In this document: in pieces, positions 1 through 5,624 of the stretch
How positions within the stretch are numbered: position 1 is the first letter of the stretch
How the letters are laid out: every line of letters begins with the position of its first letter
Origin: Thermoproteota archaeon
GTDB lineage: Archaea > Korarchaeota > Korarchaeia > Korarchaeales > Korarchaeaceae
Length of the DNA: 12,229 nt
Direction: 5' to 3'
NCBI GenBank assembly: GCA_027491395.1
Contig: JAOZFI010000007.1
Span: 1-12,229, forward strand
Made by a program: the position numbers and the translations under genes
Notes under the pieces: model-generated
What the model was told of the DNA's origin: nothing
What the model saw: the letters and a program-made list of their open reading frames with translations, nothing else
Databases searched by the model: none

Positions 1-187
1 ATTGCCGAGCTACTTCGTTCAGGATAGAGTTCAGCGTTCCTACTTTAAGCCTGTGCCTCGGTATCGTTATCCGGTCGCTTCCCCTAGCCAACCTCATGTG
101 ACTTCCTGTTTGTCTAACCAAGCGATAGCCAAATTTTCCTAGGAGTTTGGCCAATTCCTCCCCATCCAAATCCCTAGTAAGCTTCAT
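1..187 (-). CDS. hicA: HicA-family mRNA interferase toxin (3' end runs off the window; not in the ORF track)
   Basis: Manual translation from ATG at 187: MKLTRDLDGEELAKLLGKFGYRLVRQTGSHMRLARGSDRITIPRHRLKVGTLNSILNEVARQ. It has the HicA hallmarks G(F/Y)...RQxGSH and TIPxH..LxxGTLxxIL. Its ATG overlaps the upstream gene's stop (ATGA, 184-187). Confidence 0.9.
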   Translation of the reverse strand, partial: MKLTRDLDGEELAKLLGKFGYRLVRQTGSHMRLARGSDRITIPRHRLKVGTLNSILNEVARQ

Positions 188-387
188 AGACTCATAACCT
201 CTTGCCTCACTATCCTGAGCCTTATCACCTTGGGCATCTCTTTCTCATCGAAGTGGCATTTTACAGCATCTATGATCATCTTCCTCAGCTCCTCTAAGCT
301 CTCAGCTTGGGTAAAGATAGCATGACCTATAGCTCTAGCTATAAATCCCTCTTCAGTCTCTTCAACTTCAAATGTTATTTCTTCCAT
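184..387 (-). CDS. hicB: HicB-family antitoxin, minimal form with no C-terminal DNA-binding domain
   Basis: 67 aa with F.VEE.EEG.F.A....AIFTQAESLEELRKMIIDAV..HF, the HicB partial RNase H fold pattern. Translationally coupled to hicA. Confidence 0.85.
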   Translation of the reverse strand: MEEITFEVEETEEGFIARAIGHAIFTQAESLEELRKMIIDAVKCHFDEKEMPKVIRLRIVRQEVMSL

Positions 388-410
388 CGCTACTCTGGCT
401 TGTAGGGGAG

Positions 411-417
411 AAATAAA
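411..417 (-). promoter_or_regulatory. Candidate TATA box for a leaderless hicBA transcript
   Basis: TTTATTT on the minus strand 24-30 nt upstream of the hicB ATG, a spacing typical of archaeal leaderless promoters. Confidence 0.4.
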
Positions 418-430
418 TCTACTATGTATT

Positions 431-456
431 TTGTGATACTAACTGGTTAGTAGCAA
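431..456. repeat. Palindromic site, copy 1 (TTGTGATACTAACTGGTTAGTAGCAA)
   Basis: Core TACTAAC-TG-GTTAGTA (437-452) is a dyad. 439-459 matches the reverse complement of 2624-2644 at 19/21 positions. Confidence 0.75.
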
Positions 457-578
457 ACACAGGATCTTAGTTACGCACCAAGCAATTCATTAACAGTCCG
501 AGAACCTACTCGTAGCTTGCTGATGATCGAATATACGACTACAAGATCAAGCTTAACTTCAATTCTCCTTCATATTAC

Positions 579-600
579 GAGAGGAGGTGGTAAAAATGGG
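579..600 (+). repeat. 5' flank repeat copy 1: strong RBS plus start codon (GAGAGGAGGTGGTAAAAATGGG)
   Basis: Identical to 1398-1420 except for one extra A in the A-run. Contains the SD GGAGGTG and ATG 596. Confidence 0.9.
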
Positions 601-1351
601 TGATAGAAGAAGAAGGAAAGATGAGTGGCTTGATAGCATAGCGATAATCTTCTACTTAGCAGCAACTATCATAGCCCTTTATTTGCTGTCCATCTCTGTC
701 CCATCCCAAGCTCAGGGATTACAGTACAAGCGGTCCAATATCCCTGTAGAAGTTGTCTTATTGCTGGTAGGCATTCCAGGACTACCCGCATTAGTGGGGT
801 TCTTTGAGAGGAAACCGAAACTCATACTATTGGCTGGTCTGTTGGTCATAATTCTATTTCCCGCCCTGTTCGTGCTGGCTCAAAAGCAGAGGGTGTATGC
901 TGTGTCAGACAAGGGCGAGAGGTTGGAGCCCTTCCACGAATACACCCTTGTGAACGCCACTAAAGTCGAGTTCTACTTCCACATGGACCCGAGGGGCGAC
1001 ATCCAATACTGGAATGGAACTGGCAACCATTGGTGGCCCGCAGCCTCTCTCGAAGATCCAGAGGAAGTGAAGATAGGGGTCCTAGTTCTTGGAAGCTCCT
1101 TAAATATGCGAATTCAATATTTCCAGTATTCCTTAGAGTATAAGGTGAAGGCCGAATCAAGCAAGATGAATGAAACGGCCTTCCGCTTCAGATATGAGCT
1201 GAACATCACGCCCATGGGTAGTGGCCCCTTTGAGGAATTCACTAGAACGCTTATTAGTCTCTTCTTCGAGCATCTCATCAAGATACTGGGTCTCATCTTT
1301 CTAGTGGCCTTTGGCTATGTGTCGCTTAAGCTGAAGGGAAGGAGAGAATGA
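596..1351 (+). CDS. Hypothetical membrane protein: 3 N-terminal TM helices, extracytoplasmic domain, C-terminal TM helix
   Basis: Start moved from GTG 587 to ATG 596 because GGAGGTG (583-589) is a well-spaced SD. Basic N-terminus MGDRRRRK, three hydrophobic segments, a soluble region with four N-x-T sequons (NAT, NGT, NET, NIT), then a final TM and basic tail KLKGRRE. Confidence 0.85.
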   Translation: MGDRRRRKDEWLDSIAIIFYLAATIIALYLLSISVPSQAQGLQYKRSNIPVEVVLLLVGIPGLPALVGFFERKPKLILLAGLLVIILFPALFVLAQKQRVYAVSDKGERLEPFHEYTLVNATKVEFYFHMDPRGDIQYWNGTGNHWWPAASLEDPEEVKIGVLVLGSSLNMRIQYFQYSLEYKVKAESSKMNETAFRFRYELNITPMGSGPFEEFTRTLISLFFEHLIKILGLIFLVAFGYVSLKLKGRRE

Positions 1352-1364
1352 CCGCCAGCGAGGT
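1344..1364 (+). repeat. 3' flank repeat copy 1 (GAGAATGACCGCCAGCGAGGT) spanning the stop codon
   Basis: 18/21 identical to 2254-2274, at the equivalent position at the end of the second membrane gene. Confidence 0.85.
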
Positions 1365-1397
1365 AAAGGAAAGTCTACACTTACACCAACTTACTAG

Positions 1398-1420
1398 GAG
1401 AGGAGGTGGTAAAAAATGGG
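1398..1420 (+). repeat. 5' flank repeat copy 2 (GAGAGGAGGTGGTAAAAAATGGG)
   Basis: Direct repeat of 579-600, containing the SD and ATG 1416. Confidence 0.9.
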
Positions 1421-2255
1421 AAGGGACAGAAGCAGGAGAAGGGAGGTAACCCTTACGGATGTTTTCCTCTACATCGGGGCGGTCTTATACGGTATAGGGC
1501 CCCTGCTATTCATAGTCAGCTTGATCTTACCCCAAGAGATAGGGGGGATGTTCGTCGAACAGTTGGTGGCTGGATGGATTACAATATCAATAATCCTCTC
1601 ACTTGCAGGATTTTTACTTGGAGCTTACTTGGGCAATAAAACCCTTCTATCGCTTAGCATGGCCTTGGGGCTCTTCGCGTACAGCAATACGGCATGGGGA
1701 ATGCAGGTGAGAGTTAATACCGAGGAAGGAGATCTCCTCGCTCTGCCCTGTCACGCGCCCAATCAGATCGTCGGTAGGCCCAAGGAGATAGTGGTCCTAG
1801 CGAGGGCGCCACTGAAATCCAATGTTAGATTGGATTACACCGTATCCATAGGAGGAAACACTTTGTTGGATGATACCAAATTCCTAGAATTGGGTCCCAA
1901 GTGGAAGGAGGTGATCAGAAGAGATATCAGTAACATCACATCGTATGGGACGCTCAGGGTAAGGCTCATACTCTTAGACACTGAAGATGGCCAAATCAAG
2001 GTTACTCTGTCCGGTGATCTGGCGGAGATCAAGGAGAACGGCGTAATGTGCCTCGAGGGCTACACATATGTAACTTCTGAGGACGTATTCTCATGGGTAA
2101 TGAAAGCATTTGCTGGTCTATTAGCGGCAATAGGACTCTTTGGTACATTCACAGAGGCCTATAGCAGGGTAAGAGGAAAGGAGAAGCTAGAGAGATGGGA
2201 GCTGCTACTATTAGCGATCTTAGCACTGATAGCAGTCTTAGTGGGTATGGGATGA
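1416..2255 (+). CDS. Hypothetical membrane protein, distant paralog of 596..1351 (3 TM, extracytoplasmic domain, 2 C-terminal TM)
   Basis: 279 aa. Same layout as the upstream gene, with basic N-terminus MGRDRSRRR and faint shared motifs (SLILPQEIGG vs SISVPSQAQG; QVRVNTEEGDLLALPCH vs QRVYAVSDKGERLEPFH). Two Cys bracket the soluble domain. Confidence 0.85.
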   Translation: MGRDRSRRREVTLTDVFLYIGAVLYGIGPLLFIVSLILPQEIGGMFVEQLVAGWITISIILSLAGFLLGAYLGNKTLLSLSMALGLFAYSNTAWGMQVRVNTEEGDLLALPCHAPNQIVGRPKEIVVLARAPLKSNVRLDYTVSIGGNTLLDDTKFLELGPKWKEVIRRDISNITSYGTLRVRLILLDTEDGQIKVTLSGDLAEIKENGVMCLEGYTYVTSEDVFSWVMKAFAGLLAAIGLFGTFTEAYSRVRGKEKLERWELLLLAILALIAVLVGMG

Positions 2256-2274
2256 GAATGACCACTAGCGAAGT
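2254..2274 (+). repeat. 3' flank repeat copy 2 (GAGAATGACCACTAGCGAAGT)
   Basis: Direct repeat of 1344-1364 with 3 mismatches. Confidence 0.85.
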
Positions 2275-2392
2275 GGGAACCAAACGAGAGGTTCTATAGT
2301 CAAATTTGCAGGGATGTGTCATTAAAACCTCAAGCCCTCCTTAGGATCTCAATATGTGGTAGCATTAACTCTACCTTAGGGAAATGCACCCG

Positions 2393-2537
2393 AGCTAGTG
2401 CTATCCCCACCTCACTATCTGCAGGCTCACAAGATGAATTTATCAAACGATTTGAGTATCCTCCAAGCTATGATATCCCCAATACTCACTCTGAGATGAG
2501 ATCTTAGCTGGTGAATGCATTCTATCCCCAAACAACT
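2393..2537 (+). repeat. Three short degenerate direct repeats with core TATCCCCA
   Basis: TATCCCCA at 2402, 2474 and 2523. The first two extend to AGCTA(G)TG(C/A)TATCCCCA...CTCACT. Confidence 0.45.
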
Positions 2538-2626
2538 ATGGTGATCATACTCGAGATAGCATAGTGGCAAGTGATAGCATTTCTCGGGAGGTAGAATAAT
2601 AGGGTAGTAGTACTGCTTTGGACTGA

Positions 2627-2650
2627 TTGCTACTAACTAGTTAGAAACAA
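2627..2650. repeat. Palindromic site, copy 2 (TTGCTACTAACTAGTTAGAAACAA)
   Basis: 24-bp dyad with 10/12 pairs and a perfect 12-bp core CTAACTAGTTAG. Inverted counterpart of 431-456. Confidence 0.75.
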
Positions 2651-2677
2651 GCTAAGCTATAGCTGCTTGCTAGGTCC

Positions 2678-2694
2678 AAAAAGTTTTATAAAAT
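2678..2694 (-). terminator. Probable oligo-T terminator of the PAC2-hsp20-lig unit
   Basis: The minus strand reads CATTTTATAAAACTTTTT immediately after the lig stop. Archaeal terminators are U-rich tracts. Confidence 0.45.
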
Positions 2695-2696
2695 GA

Positions 2697-4505
2697 TTAT
2701 TCCTCCTCTTTTTCGGAAATAGAAGTCTTCTGTTCCTCTACATCAGTAACAGTTGTTAACTGCATCCTGTACATCTGGATTATCTCCTCCTCCGTCGTGG
2801 CATCCTGAGGTCCTTTATCGTCCCTCCATCCCATGAACCTGGGGAACCTTATCGCCAGCCCAGCGTCCCTCTTCACCTTGCCCCAGCCGCAAGTGTGGGT
2901 GGGACTGAGCGTTATCTCGTCTCCCAGCACCTGAGCTACCTTCTGAGGGACAAACCAGACGTCTGCCTCTAGATTAGATACTACGCTCGGGTGCCTGTGC
3001 TCTATCTTGTAAGGTTCCAGAAGCTTCGGCAGCTCCGCGAGCTCCTCGTCGGTAAAGCCTGATCCCATCTTGCACACTGTCTTGAACACATCCTCCTCTG
3101 GCGAGTAGGCTGCCATGAGCAGGGCTCCGTAAGTGCCGGCTCTCTTGCCCTTGCCCCAGAAGGCTCCCACGACCACCAAATCCACAGGTTCCACCATCTT
3201 ACTTATGTAGCTCCTCTTGAGTTTGATCCAAGACCATCCTCTAGTCCCTGCCTGGTACTGGGACTTGGGATCCTTCACCACTAGCCCTTCGGTGCCCATC
3301 TCCACCGCGTGCTCGAAGAACCTCTCCAGCTCATCCACATCGTTATCCACCACCTCATATTGGACTACCCTCGCTTTCTCGTTCTCCTTCAGTAGATCTA
3401 AGAGGATCTTCCTCCTCTCCTCGAGTGGTTCGTCCAGCAGCTCTCTACCGTCGAGGTAGAGCACATCGAACACGTAGGTCACTGTAGGATAGGCCTTCAT
3501 CGCCTCCTCAACTCCGTACTTCCTCCTCCTGTGCATCAACTCTTGGAACGGCAGTATCTCGCCGGTATCGGGATTCACAGCCACCGTTTCGCTGTCTAGC
3601 ACGACATCGTGACCCTCCACGGCTCTAGACACGAATTCCCTCACGTCCGGGTATGGTTCGGTGATGTTCTCGAGCCTTCTGGAGAATATCTGGACCTCTC
3701 CATCCTTCCAGACGTGGATCTGCATCCTCTCCCCGTCGTACTTGAATTCCGCGTAAACCCTCGGCCCTATCTTGTCCATTATCTCTTGGGCAGATCTGAG
3801 CCTCTGGGCCAGCATCGGCCTAACCGGTATCCCCAAGGTGAGCTTGATCTCCTCCAGTCCCTCGAAGCCTCTAGCCGCCACTATCTTCGCTATCCTACCT
3901 ATATCTGGGAAGATGTTGTACTTCCTCTCTAACTTGTCCCTGAAGGCTCTTCCCTTAAGGAAGGCCTCCGCTAGGGCATCCAAGACGGTCATGTCCCTCA
4001 CTCCAAGTCTCAGCCTCTCCGTAACCACTCTAGCTATGTATCTGGCCTCCAAGGGTTTGGCATCGCTGAACAGTCCGGCCAATAACCTTATCTTGGCATC
4101 TTGGGCTTTCTCACCAGCGATCTCCGCCACCCTCCTTAGAGTGTCGAAGACCTTGTTTACGGTGAGATCCTCGGTGAAAAAAGACTGGGCCACCTTGTTC
4201 TCCACGGCCCACTCGGCCAGCTTCCCTATATCACCCAATTCTGGATACTTGGCCTCGAGCTTGTCCTGGGATATGCCCGTGGCCATCGAGAGGGCCTTGA
4301 GGAGTAGCTTCTCCCCCACCCCGAGCTCGACCCCCTCGTAGGCAGGAGCTATGCTTCCAAGCGTGAGGTAGACCACTTTATCCAGTATCTCCGGAGGCGT
4401 CTCCAAGAAGAGCTTCTTGAGGTAGTCTATCATCTCCAGCCTGCCGGATGTGGCTTCTATCCTCTCATAGTACTTCGCCACCTCGATGAACAGCATATCC
4501 CCCAT
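2697..4505 (-). CDS. lig: ATP-dependent DNA ligase (archaeal type)
   Basis: 602 aa. Motif I EFKYDGER (adenylated Lys), PMLA, FDVLYLDG, EGLVVK, WIKLK, DLVVVGA..G.GKR, GSGFTDEEL and C-terminal IRFPRF...RDDK. Confidence 0.98.
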   Translation of the reverse strand: MGDMLFIEVAKYYERIEATSGRLEMIDYLKKLFLETPPEILDKVVYLTLGSIAPAYEGVELGVGEKLLLKALSMATGISQDKLEAKYPELGDIGKLAEWAVENKVAQSFFTEDLTVNKVFDTLRRVAEIAGEKAQDAKIRLLAGLFSDAKPLEARYIARVVTERLRLGVRDMTVLDALAEAFLKGRAFRDKLERKYNIFPDIGRIAKIVAARGFEGLEEIKLTLGIPVRPMLAQRLRSAQEIMDKIGPRVYAEFKYDGERMQIHVWKDGEVQIFSRRLENITEPYPDVREFVSRAVEGHDVVLDSETVAVNPDTGEILPFQELMHRRRKYGVEEAMKAYPTVTYVFDVLYLDGRELLDEPLEERRKILLDLLKENEKARVVQYEVVDNDVDELERFFEHAVEMGTEGLVVKDPKSQYQAGTRGWSWIKLKRSYISKMVEPVDLVVVGAFWGKGKRAGTYGALLMAAYSPEEDVFKTVCKMGSGFTDEELAELPKLLEPYKIEHRHPSVVSNLEADVWFVPQKVAQVLGDEITLSPTHTCGWGKVKRDAGLAIRFPRFMGWRDDKGPQDATTEEEIIQMYRMQLTTVTDVEEQKTSISEKEEE

Positions 4506-4841
4506 CTACTCCACCTTCACCTTCCTGAAGCCGACCTCCTTTGGCGGGGCGACTATCTGGAGTATCCCGTTAGTCAGCCTCGCCACTACCCTATCGGGAT
4601 CTATGGGTATTGGGGTCCTAATCAGCTTCCTATACCTCACGGTCGCTCCCCCGACCTTGGACATTGCCTCCACCAGAATAGCATCTTCGCTAGCGCTTAT
4701 AACGAGCTCCTCCTTCCTCACTCCGGGGAGATCCATTGTTATGACCACGCCCTCCTTCGTAACCTTAACCTCGTGGAGGGGCTCCTCTACATCCCTAACG
4801 GAGAAGTACCCCCACCTGACCTCCCTGTAGAACCAACCCAT
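4506..4841 (-). CDS. Small heat shock protein (Hsp20/alpha-crystallin)
   Basis: EPLHEV....VVITMDLPGVRKEEL, YRKLIR.P..IDPD...ARLTNGIL.I..P, and a C-terminal VKV (IxI-like) motif. Confidence 0.92.
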   Translation of the reverse strand: MGWFYREVRWGYFSVRDVEEPLHEVKVTKEGVVITMDLPGVRKEELVISASEDAILVEAMSKVGGATVRYRKLIRTPIPIDPDRVVARLTNGILQIVAPPKEVGFRKVKVE

Positions 4842-4854
4842 ACGGCATCCCCCC

Positions 4855-5577
4855 TCAACCTATATACGCGGGAGTTGGGGCCTCCTTCGCCGTCTGGACG
4901 GTCTTAGCCATCAGTTCCTTAAGTTTGAGCCTTATCGTTTCTGATTCGGCCTCCAGCTGGCTTATATCGACATCGAAGCCCAAAATGGGCTCTATGGCCT
5001 TGAGAACCTCTGCAGCTGCTCCGGGATCTGGATAGGCGGCGAAGCTCTGTACCATCAGGGCCGCGGCCGGAACTCCCCTCCTACTAGCTTCCCTGAGGAA
5101 GAAGGCCGCGTATCCACTCAAGTACCCCTCCTTCATCAGCTCTCCACCCATGCCCTTTGCCAAGGACTTGGCCTCCTCACTGCTGAATACGGCCATTACC
5201 TGAGGCTTCTCCACCTTAATTCTATCATCCTCAGGGACTCCCCCCATTACAATCGCTAGCTTGGGTCTTTTCCTAGCGATCCAGTCAAGCACAGATATTG
5301 TAAGCTTCAGGAGGGGGTCTATAGGGAGAGGTACTTCGGCCTTGACCACATAGATCCCCTTTCCCCCGTAGATCCTGACGGTGTGCATGGCGACGCCGTC
5401 CTTCACGCCTATGACGGGAGGGAACAGGGGAGAATCTATCTTGCCGACCTCTTTCAGGTCAGCGACCTTGATGAGATGATCGGCCGCTATTATGCTCACG
5501 AGGCCGGCACCGGGAACCGCCAAGATGAGGATGGGGTTCTTTACCTCCGGCGCGGTCTCAACGATCTCAATGCTCAT
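4855..5577 (-). CDS. PAC2-family proteasome assembly chaperone homolog (Pba-like)
   Basis: PILI...PGAGLVSIIAADHLI, G.IDSPLFPPV and PDPGAAAEVL......G..VD...L..E, the conserved archaeal PAC2 pattern. Confidence 0.88.
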   Translation of the reverse strand: MSIEIVETAPEVKNPILILAVPGAGLVSIIAADHLIKVADLKEVGKIDSPLFPPVIGVKDGVAMHTVRIYGGKGIYVVKAEVPLPIDPLLKLTISVLDWIARKRPKLAIVMGGVPEDDRIKVEKPQVMAVFSSEEAKSLAKGMGGELMKEGYLSGYAAFFLREASRRGVPAAALMVQSFAAYPDPGAAAEVLKAIEPILGFDVDISQLEAESETIRLKLKELMAKTVQTAKEAPTPAYIG

Positions 5578-5624
5578 AATAACCCTCGGTAAAGGGAGAG
5601 GTCGTGAGCTTTAACCTTATCCGG

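Noticed and set aside
437-452. Possible integron attC site (TAAC...GTTAG resembling R''/R' boxes)
   Set aside because: The boxes are only 2 nt apart, with no L boxes or long stem, and no such site lies between the two genes.
520-530. TGATGA as the C box of a C/D sRNA (also weak boxes at 2431-2494)
   Set aside because: No properly spaced CTGA D box for the first; the second candidate has a mismatched C box and poor internal boxes.
960-2032. Short alternative ORFs 960-1160, 1114-1296, 1406-1639 and 1835-2032
   Set aside because: Nested in or antisense to the two membrane genes. 1406-1639 starts at the GTG inside the SD itself.
577-2291. 8-bp direct repeat ACGAGAGG at 577-584 and 2284-2291 as a target-site duplication
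   Set aside because: Too short and purine-rich, partly the RBS itself, and not adjacent to the inverted sites. Chance cannot be excluded.
2316-2507. 63-aa ORF in the noncoding tail
   Set aside because: Weak GTG start, no clear SD, atypical composition and no motif. It cannot be excluded but is unsupported.
2393-2537. Possible degenerate CRISPR array (TATCCCCA repeats)
   Set aside because: Only 8 nt are shared by all three copies, spacing is irregular (72 and 49 nt), and there are no cas genes or typical repeat termini.
3217-4830. Plus-strand ORFs 3217-3459, 3609-3932, 3772-4341 and 4486-4830
   Set aside because: Antisense shadows of lig and hsp20. Ser/Leu/Pro-rich composition expected from reverse-complemented coding DNA, with no motifs.
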